From an uncultured virus (IMG/VR IMGVR_UViG_3300031760_006602) (taxonomy: Duplodnaviria; Heunggongvirae; Uroviricota; Caudoviricetes), in IMG/VR virus record IMGVR_UViG_3300031760_006602: 64,000 bases of DNA; one strand, 5' to 3'. Below the pieces are notes generated by a model. That model searched no databases, was not told the origin of the DNA, and worked only from the letters and a program-made list of their open reading frames with translations. Positions 1 to 9,296 of this stretch are shown here, piece by piece. Both the position numbers and the translations under genes were made by a program. Each line of letters begins with the position of its first letter. Position 1 is the stretch's first letter.

Positions 1-2
1 TT

Positions 3-542
3 GATACTGGTGGTCTATCTAAAGATTTGCTTAATATTGATTACAATACAGTATCAAAAGAAATTTCTGAAATGACTAAAGAATTTTTAGAAGACCATAC
101 AAAAGCAGAAGTACCACATGAACATTTGGCAAGAAACGTTTATATTAATACAATATATAGTTTTTTACGTGGGTTTTATAGTAGTTATTGGTATAAAGAA
201 AAATTTATTTTATGTAATTGCCAAAATGGTTTATCTACGTTAAATCTTGGCATTGATGGTACATTATATCCATGTCATAATACCAGTGAATCATGTGGAA
301 ATATTTATATGCCATATTTTCAATATTTAGAAAAACTAATGAAATTTGACGATACAAGACGTCACTATGAAGAAGAATGTAAAGATTGTCTTGCATTAGC
401 ATATTGTCATTGTGGATGTAAAATGGTCAAAGACAAAGAACGTAAAGAAAGCTATTGTAAATTAAAACGAGCTATCTTTGTTCCTATTTTATCTTTGGTT
501 CAAAATTTCAAGGAAGAAAATTATAAAAAGGATGAATCATAA
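3..542 (+). CDS. Radical SAM/SPASM protein, C-terminal part (5'-truncated by window edge)
   Basis: Frame is open from the window start. SPASM-type Cys motifs (CNC...GTLYPCH...CKDCLALAYCHCGC...YC). Clear paralogue of 4817..5917 (shared ESYCKLKxAIFxP). Confidence 0.85.
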   Translation, partial: DTGGLSKDLLNIDYNTVSKEISEMTKEFLEDHTKAEVPHEHLARNVYINTIYSFLRGFYSSYWYKEKFILCNCQNGLSTLNLGIDGTLYPCHNTSESCGNIYMPYFQYLEKLMKFDDTRRHYEEECKDCLALAYCHCGCKMVKDKERKESYCKLKRAIFVPILSLVQNFKEENYKKDES

Positions 543-544
543 TT

Positions 545-2137
545 ATGTCATTGCAAGTATGGTTGCCGTTAGATGGTAACTTAGAAAATAAAGGAATAGC
601 CGATGTAACAATAACAAATAATGGTGCATCTGTTGTCACAGATGGTAAAGTAGGAACATGTTATTCCTTTAATGGTAGTAGCTATGTTCACATTTCAAAA
701 CCATTAAATATGACTACTATTAAAAATACCTCTATATGTGCTTTTGTAAAAAGCACAGGTAGTACATTAGCTTTAGGTGGAATATCACATGACCAGGGTG
801 CAACAGAAGCCTGTATGACTTTATATACCTCTGGTTGGCAGTTTGTAGGAAGTAGCACATGGAAATATGCTCCAGGCGGTACTATAGCCAATACATCTGT
901 ATGGCATCATGTCTGTTGTGTTATGACAGATACAAACATCATAACCTATTTAGATGGAAAAGAGTTTTCAAATGTAACTATTTCAAGTGTTGGTGTAGAT
1001 CAATTTAATTTAACAGCAAATACATTTGTAGAAATAGGTTGTGACCATCCGGGTGGCGATGAATTTTTAACAGGATTAGTTAAAGATTTCCGCGTATATG
1101 ACCATGCCTTGACAGATATAGAAGTAAAAGAAATATCAGATACATATGCCCCTCTAACATTAATTTGTCATCTCCCATTAGATAAAACTGATGGAAGTTT
1201 TACTGTATATGACGAATCTGGATATGGAAATAATGGCACACTAAGTACTAATAAACCGACTATAACATCTGGCGCACCGAAAAAATATAATTCGTCTATG
1301 TTATTTGCTAATGATAGATATGTTTCCATATCTATACCTTACATAACAAACTCCGCCAATTCTTATACTTTTTCGTGGTGGGGTAAATGTACAGTATATG
1401 AAAATAAAATGTATTGGGGATTTTCTGACGGAAATAGATTGAATTTATATGGTACTGGTGGTGGTTATTGTTGGAATACTGGTGACGGAGCGACTAATAA
1501 ATTTACCGGAACCATCTTTGCTCACGAAATAGACGGTAATTGGCATCATTTTGCTGTTACAGGCAATGGTACAAGTACTCAATTATATATAGACGGTGGG
1601 TTTAGAGCTAATGCTACTACATATAAAGGAATAACCGGTACAAATATTATTATTAATGGTTGGAATACTGCAAACGATTATAATTTTAATGGTCAATTAT
1701 CTGATTTCCGTATATATGCATCAGTTTTATCAGAAGAAGAAATATTTGAATTATATAATACGACAAACCATCCAAATTTAAATTCTACTGTTTTTACAGA
1801 TACAGCTTCTTTTACAAATGAATCTGATCTGTATGTAAAAGAAATACATTTACATGAATTACAGAATGCCATAACAAAATTAAATTCGTATCTACCTAAT
1901 GTAGATAATTGTGGATATGTAAATTGTTGTGAATCATGTCAGGATTCATGTATCTGCCAGTCAGATAAATGCCAGTCATGTCAGAATGCTTGTAATCAAT
2001 GCACTGATAAATGCCAGTCATGTCAGAATGCTTGTAATCAATGCACTGATAAATGCCAGAAATGCCAAAATACTTGTACTCAATGTACTGATAAATGTCA
2101 GTCTTGTCAATATGTCCACAATAGAAGATGTATGTAA
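545..2137 (+). CDS. Tandem LamG/concanavalin-like domain protein with Cys-rich C-terminal repeat tail (putative receptor-binding/virion protein and rSAM substrate)
   Basis: Two LamG-like repeats (WLPLDG/HLPLDK...WHH...YLDG/YIDG...DFRVY/DFRIY). C-terminal tail with about 21 Cys in CQSCQNACNQCTDK repeats. Confidence 0.75.
   Translation: MSLQVWLPLDGNLENKGIADVTITNNGASVVTDGKVGTCYSFNGSSYVHISKPLNMTTIKNTSICAFVKSTGSTLALGGISHDQGATEACMTLYTSGWQFVGSSTWKYAPGGTIANTSVWHHVCCVMTDTNIITYLDGKEFSNVTISSVGVDQFNLTANTFVEIGCDHPGGDEFLTGLVKDFRVYDHALTDIEVKEISDTYAPLTLICHLPLDKTDGSFTVYDESGYGNNGTLSTNKPTITSGAPKKYNSSMLFANDRYVSISIPYITNSANSYTFSWWGKCTVYENKMYWGFSDGNRLNLYGTGGGYCWNTGDGATNKFTGTIFAHEIDGNWHHFAVTGNGTSTQLYIDGGFRANATTYKGITGTNIIINGWNTANDYNFNGQLSDFRIYASVLSEEEIFELYNTTNHPNLNSTVFTDTASFTNESDLYVKEIHLHELQNAITKLNSYLPNVDNCGYVNCCESCQDSCICQSDKCQSCQNACNQCTDKCQSCQNACNQCTDKCQKCQNTCTQCTDKCQSCQYVHNRRCM
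1964..2110 (+). repeat. 42-bp coding tandem repeat (about 3.5 copies) encoding a 14-aa Cys unit
   Basis: gataaatgccagtcatgtcagaatgcttgtaatcaatgcact is repeated exactly at 1964 and 2006, followed by diverged copies. Confidence 0.9.
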
Positions 2138-2153
2138 TTAGTTAACAGGGTAA

Positions 2154-3128
2154 ATGCCTATGAATATAATTAAATTTAACGATATAACAAATATACAAGA
2201 AATAATTACATCTCTTATCGAATCTAAAGGATTAGATGTTTCTGACTGTGAAGCCAAAACATTGCAAGATGGTTCTAAATGGATTCGCATTTTTCACCAT
2301 GCCCATAAAAACAATACTGTTTGGTTTACAAATTACATAGAAGCCTTGTCGTGTTCTAATCCAGACAAATTTAGTAAATTATATTTACTTGACCATTTTA
2401 GAAGAAATGATGGTAAATATGAATTTATGTTAGAATATCCAGTAGAATTTCCAAATCAGATAATTCGATGGAAACAAACAAATAATCCATGGCGCGATTA
2501 TACTGGGACTGCTGGTTCAACTGCAGTAGCTGGTTATGAACCTGTGCAAGTAGATATTGCTGATTCCTATAATCATGGCAAAGGTTTGGTAAGACACAAC
2601 CAAGCTTATAACTCTAATAGTCCATGTTTGTTGAAAGGATGTCCTGGTATCGGAGATTGGTGGTATGCAATAGGACAAGCAGCTATTTATGAAACGGGTA
2701 TGCCAGGTCCTAATAATGTTGTAGTTTCTATCGTTGATTTATGGGTTCGTATTGATAATACAGAATATGATAAATTAAATGATATCGATACAGAAATTAC
2801 TGGATACGTTAAAAAACCAGACATTCAAAAGCTACAAGATGCAATACATTTTTTAGAAACAAAATTTAATCAGAATTGTTGCCAATCGAATTATTGTCAG
2901 ACTTGTCAGTCTGATAAATGTGAATCTTGTCAAGATGCTTGTACTTGTCAGTCTAATAAATGTGAAAAATGTCAGGAAGCTTGTACTTGTCAGTCTAATA
3001 AATGTGAAAAATGTCAGGAAGCTTGTGCTCAATGCAGTAACAAATGTGAAAAATGTCAGGAAGCTTGTACTTGTCAGTCCCAATGTTCTAATGAAACTTG
3101 CCAAGCAACATGTGCGCAATCTCATTGA
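2154..3128 (+). CDS. Fibrinogen-C-like/lectin-like domain protein with Cys-rich C-terminal repeat tail
   Basis: DGSKWIRIFHH...KFSKL...YEFMLEYP...WWYAIG resembles fibrinogen-like phage tail domains. Tail has about 23 Cys in CTCQSNKCEKCQEA repeats. Confidence 0.6.
   Translation: MPMNIIKFNDITNIQEIITSLIESKGLDVSDCEAKTLQDGSKWIRIFHHAHKNNTVWFTNYIEALSCSNPDKFSKLYLLDHFRRNDGKYEFMLEYPVEFPNQIIRWKQTNNPWRDYTGTAGSTAVAGYEPVQVDIADSYNHGKGLVRHNQAYNSNSPCLLKGCPGIGDWWYAIGQAAIYETGMPGPNNVVVSIVDLWVRIDNTEYDKLNDIDTEITGYVKKPDIQKLQDAIHFLETKFNQNCCQSNYCQTCQSDKCESCQDACTCQSNKCEKCQEACTCQSNKCEKCQEACAQCSNKCEKCQEACTCQSQCSNETCQATCAQSH
2904..3080 (+). repeat. 42-bp coding tandem repeat (about 4 copies) encoding a 14-aa Cys unit
   Basis: tgtcagtctaataaatgtgaaaaatgtcaggaagcttgtact-type units in tandem. 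Confidence 0.9.
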
Positions 3129-3174
3129 TATTAGTAAAAATATAGATTTTCATTTTTATTAAAGGATTAAAATA

Positions 3175-3969
3175 ATGATTTATATAATAAATGCAGCAAA
3201 TAACAATAATAATAGTAATTTTAAGGATATTTCTTATCAATATTTAATTCAAAATAATGAATTAAATATTGTTTTACAAATAAATTATCCTGATGAATCG
3301 TATTTACCGTCTGATACATTTTCTGTCTCAATAAATATTGACCAATATGCCGGAAAATATATTACTATAAGATTGATTAGAGATTTTATTCCTATTAAAA
3401 ATGGGAAAACATATTCTATGTTCCAAAAATTTTTAGAACCATTAATTAATTTTGATTATTCTAATTTATATGATGTTGGTTATTCTATTAAAGATATAGG
3501 AAGTCTAAGATTTTTGTCTTTATACATAACTAAAAATAAGCAAGATATATATATTCATCCGTTTTTTTATATAAATCCTGATTCTATAAATAAAGATGGA
3601 TATCAATATATTGAAAAAGAAATGATAAATTCCGACCATTTATCTATGTTAACATCCTCTTGTCAAGAATTACGGGAATATATTGAAAAATGGAATATGA
3701 AAAAGTTTATATTAAATCCAAATATAGATATATCGAAATCAGCAACATATTTAGAAACAGAAGTTGATACTTTATATAAAATTATTAATATACTGTTAGA
3801 CAAAATAAAAATTGATGTTTCTGAATATCAACCAATTATTGATGCAGTAGAACGAAATAATGTCTTAAATATTAAGAACTTAGAAAAACTTGTTTCAGAA
3901 ATAGACGAAGACAAACAAAATATTCGTAAACAACAAAAAATTTATTATGATAAAGCCTATAAACAATAA
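3175..3969 (+). CDS. Hypothetical protein in the rSAM cluster
   Basis: 264-aa ORF, co-oriented, with no recognised motif. Confidence 0.6.
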   Translation: MIYIINAANNNNNSNFKDISYQYLIQNNELNIVLQINYPDESYLPSDTFSVSINIDQYAGKYITIRLIRDFIPIKNGKTYSMFQKFLEPLINFDYSNLYDVGYSIKDIGSLRFLSLYITKNKQDIYIHPFFYINPDSINKDGYQYIEKEMINSDHLSMLTSSCQELREYIEKWNMKKFILNPNIDISKSATYLETEVDTLYKIINILLDKIKIDVSEYQPIIDAVERNNVLNIKNLEKLVSEIDEDKQNIRKQQKIYYDKAYKQ

Positions 3970-4143
3970 ACTTATTTTGAGAGTTGAATATTCGCAAGAT
4001 TGGCCAATGTTATTAGATGTTTATTCTAATTGTCATATTATTTTGGAATCTGATAGTTTCAAAAAGGATAAACATACTTTACATGTATTACAATATATAG
4101 AAAAATATATTCAAGAACACGATATAGAATTTGAGATTAGATA

Positions 4144-4812
4144 ATGTTTGAAAGAAATATATATGCTTATTCCGTATGGGACCAAGAAAAATTATGGAAA
4201 GCTACAGTAGTTGTAGTTGGAGTAGGTGGCGGTGGAGGCATTGTCGCTGAATTATTAGTTCGCATTGGAGTAGGACACATTGTTCTTGTGGACGGAGATA
4301 AATTTGATGAAAGTAATTTAAATCGTCAAATTTTTGCTACACAAAATACAATTGGAATTAACAAAGCAGAAGCAGCTAAAAAAAGACTATTATCTATTAA
4401 CCCATATATTAACATAGAAACATATTCTACATTTTTATCTACGGATAATAATATTATAAAATTATATCCAAATGCTATTATTTGTGATTGTGCAGATGGA
4501 ATAGAAAATAAATTAATGGTTGCAGATTTATGCGCGCAAACAAATAATAAATTAGTAACAGGTGGAGATGGAATATTGGATTGTTTTGTTGCAAAATTTA
4601 GCAAACCGTCAGAAATAAATACTCATATTGTATTTAAAGATACAAAAGATGATGGTACAATATACTCTCCAAATCCAGTTATAGTTTGGATGCAAGCATC
4701 AATACAGGCATATGAAGTAATTAATTCTATCCTTAATTATAATCAAGATGTAGACAATAAAATACAGTGGTATAATCTTGCGACATATACAAATACGATA
4801 ACAGAGGAATAA
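4144..4812 (+). CDS. ThiF/MoeB/HesA (E1-like) adenylyltransferase
   Basis: VVVVGVGGGG nucleotide-binding loop, DGDKFDESNLNRQ, GINKAEAA, CADG. Confidence 0.9.
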   Translation: MFERNIYAYSVWDQEKLWKATVVVVGVGGGGGIVAELLVRIGVGHIVLVDGDKFDESNLNRQIFATQNTIGINKAEAAKKRLLSINPYINIETYSTFLSTDNNIIKLYPNAIICDCADGIENKLMVADLCAQTNNKLVTGGDGILDCFVAKFSKPSEINTHIVFKDTKDDGTIYSPNPVIVWMQASIQAYEVINSILNYNQDVDNKIQWYNLATYTNTITEE

Positions 4813-4816
4813 TTAT

Positions 4817-5917
4817 ATGAAGTATTTAAATAAAGATATAGATACTATTTTTATAGTTCTTGGAAAAGGGTGCAATTTTAATTGCAGATATTGCATGCAA
4901 AATGAAACACATAAATCTGGTATTATATATCCTACAGAAATAAATGAAGATATTTATGAGTTTATAGAAGAAATTGTAGCTAATCAAAAATATCCTCCGT
5001 ATATTCATTTTTATGGTGGTGAACCATTATTATATAAAGACAAAATAAAAATAATTGTAGGAAAACTTCAGCATATAAATAATATACGATTTTCTATAAT
5101 AACTAATGGAAGCTTAATTGATGAAGAAATGATAAATTTATTTAATAGTCATGATTTTCATGTAAATATATCATGGGATGGGCATTTTTCTTCTAAAACA
5201 AGAAAGCGAGATGTGTTTAAAGAAAATAAAGAAAATTTATTTAAAATAAATCAATTAGGTATTTCAATGGTAATTAGTTCTATTACACCATTGGGTCAGT
5301 TAATTAATGATGCACAAAACTTATTTAATGAATATAAAGAAAAAACAGGAAATGATTTGTATATAAATTATGACGAAGTTTACGATGCAAATATAGCAGA
5401 TAAATCTTTATTAAACGTTGACTATGAAGAATATAGTAAAATAGCGCGTAGAATATTTAAAGAATGTATTAAGATAAAGACTGGAGAAATTAATATTCCA
5501 TTGGATACATTCAAAAAAAAATATTGGGCAAAGATGAGTTTTTTTGAAAGAATGTATTGGAATGTTCGTAACTATGCTACAAATGAAAAAAAATGTATAA
5601 AATATATGGCACGCTGTTGTAATGGGATTGAGATTCTAAATTTAGATTTAGAAGGAAATTTATATTCTTGTCATAACTGTGATACAAAGTTAGGAACTAT
5701 CTATTCAAGTTATATTAATTATTTAGATGAATTATTTAAAAATGATGATATTAAATATTATTTTAAAAAATATTGCTCTCAATGTTTAGCATATCCGATT
5801 TGTCGTGGAGGATGTAAACTTATAGGAGAAGAAGTTAGAAATGAATCTTATTGCAAGTTAAAAAAAGCAATATTTATTCCAGCTATTGAAGAAATTTTAG
5901 CTATTACAAAACAATGA
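4817..5917 (+). CDS. Radical SAM/SPASM maturase-like protein
   Basis: CNFNCRYC (CxxxCxxC), YGGEPLL, TNG, SWDG, and a C-terminal SPASM motif CSQCLAYPICRGGC. Confidence 0.92.
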   Translation: MKYLNKDIDTIFIVLGKGCNFNCRYCMQNETHKSGIIYPTEINEDIYEFIEEIVANQKYPPYIHFYGGEPLLYKDKIKIIVGKLQHINNIRFSIITNGSLIDEEMINLFNSHDFHVNISWDGHFSSKTRKRDVFKENKENLFKINQLGISMVISSITPLGQLINDAQNLFNEYKEKTGNDLYINYDEVYDANIADKSLLNVDYEEYSKIARRIFKECIKIKTGEINIPLDTFKKKYWAKMSFFERMYWNVRNYATNEKKCIKYMARCCNGIEILNLDLEGNLYSCHNCDTKLGTIYSSYINYLDELFKNDDIKYYFKKYCSQCLAYPICRGGCKLIGEEVRNESYCKLKKAIFIPAIEEILAITKQ

Positions 5918-7728
5918 AAAACGTTTATATTAGTAATGCAATTATCTTTTTAACTCATAAATGTAATTTACGATGTCCATACTGTTTTGAAGACCATAAT
6001 AGAACAGAAGATGTATCGTTATCTACAATTGACGCTTTTTATGATTTTGTTAAAAAAGCGCACACATTACCAACAATAAAAATAGAAATGTTTGGTGGTG
6101 AGCCAACATTTAATAAAGAATTATTTTTATACGCATTCCATAAATATTGTATGGATCCTGATATTCCTGGTCATTTTTTTTCAATGACAAACGGACGAAT
6201 TATTGATGAAGCCTATATCAAGGAAATTCGAAATATTTTAAATCATGCTGTTAACAAAAATAAACGATTTTTGTTTTATGTTAGCATTGACAATATAAAT
6301 AATTCTATTAAAAATTTAAATGATGTTGCAAATACATTACGACTTTTAAAAAAATATGATTTAAGATTTACAGTTGAAATTGTTATTAATAAAAATAATT
6401 ATAAGAATTTATATAATTTTGTAAAAGCACTTTTGCCCTTTGAACCATACGATATTAATTTGAGACGTCTTTGCAATACATCTGTATGGAAAAAAGAAGA
6501 AATTGATATAATCGAAGAACAATGTAAAAAAATTATTGATACATTAGATTATCATTGTATTATTTTTCCTGGTAAATATAATATATATAGTCATCAGATA
6601 GATCCATATTGCGCTATTAAACAGCATAATAAATATACAACATATTTTGTAGATGTTGATGGAGAAATATATCCATGTGAAGTTTGTGCATCATTAAAAA
6701 AATATTCAATGGGGTCAATTTATGATCCAGACAATATAAAACCAAAAAAATTCGATGTTGATTATTATGCACCAACAGCCTGTATGTTAGAAAAATATCC
6801 TGGCAATAAAGATTATGAGGCAATGTGTGACAGGATTATAAATTATCTTATTCAAAAACAGTTAACTGTGTTTTTTGAAATTACGGATAAGTGCAATTAT
6901 AATTGTAGTTTTTGTTGTAAGTTGTGGAGACAGGATAAGACAGGATTTATCACAGATAAAGTATTAGAAAAAATTATCAACCTGAAATCACCTAATTATG
7001 TAATTGCAGGTGGAGAACCTTGTATGGAACGAGAAAAAACTAAATATTTTGTTGAACATACATGGAAAACTTCACATTTAACGTTAAATACGAATTTGTC
7101 ATTATGGAGTCAAAATGATATTCAATTTCTTAATAAACGTAACGTATATTATACGATAGATTTTCCATCTTACAATAGAAAAGAATATAAAAAAATAACA
7201 CAAACCAATGATTTTATTTTTGACAAAGTGAAAGAAAATCTTTATTATGTTAATAAAAGTACATCACGTATTCACATTGTAATTAATGAAGATAATCGAA
7301 ATTCATGGAAACAAACAGTATTATGGCTAGCAACATTATATCAATTTAATTTATTTGTTGTAACACCATCAATATCATTTAATGAACCAAAAGATAAAGA
7401 ACAAATTTATAAGGAAATTAAATGGTTTTTAGACCATCATAAAAATTTAACAATTATAACATTGGCTAATGCCGAAGAAAATCAATATGTTCCAGTTAAT
7501 CATAAATGCAGTGCTGGTATAAATCGTTTTGTTGTGTTAGCAGATGGAAATATTGTACCTTGTGCGTGGAGTCGAAATCATATTCTTGGTCATATTTTAA
7601 AAGATAAAATTGATGATATACTAATTCGTGGACGACAATATTTTTATAGTTATCCACATGAAAAATTAGAAATTTGCAAAGGCATATTAGATGCACAGGA
7701 GGAAACTAATGCAAGGAATTCCAAATGA
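5914..7728 (+). CDS. Protein with two tandem radical SAM domains, each with a SPASM/twitch-like tail
   Basis: CNLRCPYC...FGGEP...GEIYPC, then CNYNCSFC...AGGEP...GNIVPC. Confidence 0.88.
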   Translation: MKNVYISNAIIFLTHKCNLRCPYCFEDHNRTEDVSLSTIDAFYDFVKKAHTLPTIKIEMFGGEPTFNKELFLYAFHKYCMDPDIPGHFFSMTNGRIIDEAYIKEIRNILNHAVNKNKRFLFYVSIDNINNSIKNLNDVANTLRLLKKYDLRFTVEIVINKNNYKNLYNFVKALLPFEPYDINLRRLCNTSVWKKEEIDIIEEQCKKIIDTLDYHCIIFPGKYNIYSHQIDPYCAIKQHNKYTTYFVDVDGEIYPCEVCASLKKYSMGSIYDPDNIKPKKFDVDYYAPTACMLEKYPGNKDYEAMCDRIINYLIQKQLTVFFEITDKCNYNCSFCCKLWRQDKTGFITDKVLEKIINLKSPNYVIAGGEPCMEREKTKYFVEHTWKTSHLTLNTNLSLWSQNDIQFLNKRNVYYTIDFPSYNRKEYKKITQTNDFIFDKVKENLYYVNKSTSRIHIVINEDNRNSWKQTVLWLATLYQFNLFVVTPSISFNEPKDKEQIYKEIKWFLDHHKNLTIITLANAEENQYVPVNHKCSAGINRFVVLADGNIVPCAWSRNHILGHILKDKIDDILIRGRQYFYSYPHEKLEICKGILDAQEETNARNSK

Positions 7729-8563
7729 GACTGCTTTAGCTATCCATATAACTGATAAATGCAACTTAAAATGCCCTGGTTGTTATACATTAGATAAACT
7801 AAGAAATACTGTTATCAATTATGATTATATTAAACTTGCCTTAGATAAATATAAACCAAAAGACATTGTATTTTTTGGTGGCGAAGCTATATTAGAACCA
7901 GATATTCTTAGAAAAACAATGAAAGAATATCCAGATATCCGATATTCGTTACATACAAATGGTTCTAATTTTAATAAATTCAATAAAGACATTTATGATA
8001 AATTATATAAGATTATTTTATCGTTAGATTCATTTAATCCAGAATGGCTTAAAAAATATAAATGTTATACAGATAAAGATATAGTTAGTTATCAAAATTT
8101 AATCAATACTTATCAAGATAAAATATCTGTAACACATAATGTTTTCGCCTCTCATAATGACCCAAATTATGTAAAAGATATGGAAAAATATAATTTTGTT
8201 ACAGATTGGTACGTATTTATTACAAAAGCACGTGACCAAGAGTTTTTACAGTATTTTAGAGAATATATGTCTGAATTTAATCGTAATATCAATACGATGC
8301 CAAAGCTTAGATTACTAACAAATGGTACGATTACAAGAGATATGAGGGGGGTTTATAACCTATTTCATGTAAATGGTTGGAATGATGAAAAGTTGAAAGA
8401 ACCTCTACCTGTATCTGATAAGTGTAGAAAATGTAAGTATTCAAAATGTTGTCAAGCTTTTATAATGTTTCCACATTTTGTAAAAGATATATTAGATACC
8501 GTAAATTATGAACCACATTTTTGTAAGTTTACTAAAATATTTTGGAGATATAGATATGGATAA
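7709..8563 (+). CDS. Radical SAM protein
   Basis: CNLKCPGC, FFGGEA, HTNG and a C-terminal CxxCxxxxCC. Start placed at ATG 7709 after a GGAGG RBS. Confidence 0.88.
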   Translation: MQGIPNETALAIHITDKCNLKCPGCYTLDKLRNTVINYDYIKLALDKYKPKDIVFFGGEAILEPDILRKTMKEYPDIRYSLHTNGSNFNKFNKDIYDKLYKIILSLDSFNPEWLKKYKCYTDKDIVSYQNLINTYQDKISVTHNVFASHNDPNYVKDMEKYNFVTDWYVFITKARDQEFLQYFREYMSEFNRNINTMPKLRLLTNGTITRDMRGVYNLFHVNGWNDEKLKEPLPVSDKCRKCKYSKCCQAFIMFPHFVKDILDTVNYEPHFCKFTKIFWRYRYG

Positions 8564-9113
8564 TAAAACATTCGAGTTGGCAACAAAAGTTATTAATGGG
8601 ACAGCCTCTATATATAAAGAAGAAAATAAAGAACAAGTACCTTATTATTTTCGTAGTTCGGTAGAACAAGTTGTAAGAGATTATGAAAATAATGATAGTG
8701 AGTATTTTAAAAAAGCTCGTGAGTTAGCTATTGAAAAAACAGGTGAAATGTTTGCAGAAAAAAGAGATAAAGTTCGTTGGATTAATGGTTTAGGGTTTGA
8801 TTGTGAAAACGAAGATATTACAAATTTTCTTGCTTCTTATATCAAATTAAAAGATGATTATGATAAATGGGTAGCAAATGGAAGTCAAGGAAATGAACCT
8901 ACTACATATTATAAGGTTTATATAAATCAAGAAACAATGGCTAAAACTGTAGTACCTTTGAATATAGAAAACTTTAATCAAGTTTATGAGACTGTTAGAA
9001 CAAGTCAGTTTGAAGCATATGCTTGGTTAGAAACCTCACGTGCACAGATTAATTTAACACAAAATTATACTGAACTTGAGCAGGTATTAAGTCAGTTAAA
9101 TATTAGTTTATAA
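8556..9113 (+). CDS. Hypothetical protein, resembles DUF4376-type tail-fibre-associated proteins
   Basis: RBS ggaga before ATG 8556. KRD...INGLGFDC and a helical C-terminus; the resemblance is by eye only. Confidence 0.45.
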   Translation: MDNKTFELATKVINGTASIYKEENKEQVPYYFRSSVEQVVRDYENNDSEYFKKARELAIEKTGEMFAEKRDKVRWINGLGFDCENEDITNFLASYIKLKDDYDKWVANGSQGNEPTTYYKVYINQETMAKTVVPLNIENFNQVYETVRTSQFEAYAWLETSRAQINLTQNYTELEQVLSQLNISL

Positions 9114-9149
9114 TTTATTATTTTTTAAAATATTTTTGGTTATTTAATA

Positions 9150-9180
9150 TTATAGAGATGGAATAATTCCATCTCTATAA
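9150..9180. terminator. Near-perfect inverted repeat ending the rSAM cluster (probable terminator or binding site)
   Basis: ttatagagatggaat-a-attccatctctataa. Confidence 0.65.
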
Positions 9181-9296
9181 CTGTTTTATGGGGAATTGGT
9201 AATAAAAGTAAAAAAATAATAATTTAGTTAATAGGATATAAATCATTTAAAATACTTACAAAAGATAGTAAATAAAAGAAAATGAGGTGATTAGAT

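Noticed and set aside
1929..3162. Alternative-frame and antisense ORFs over the Cys repeats (1929..2141, 2920..3162, 2853..3125)
   Set aside because: Shadow ORFs created by the 42-bp repeats.
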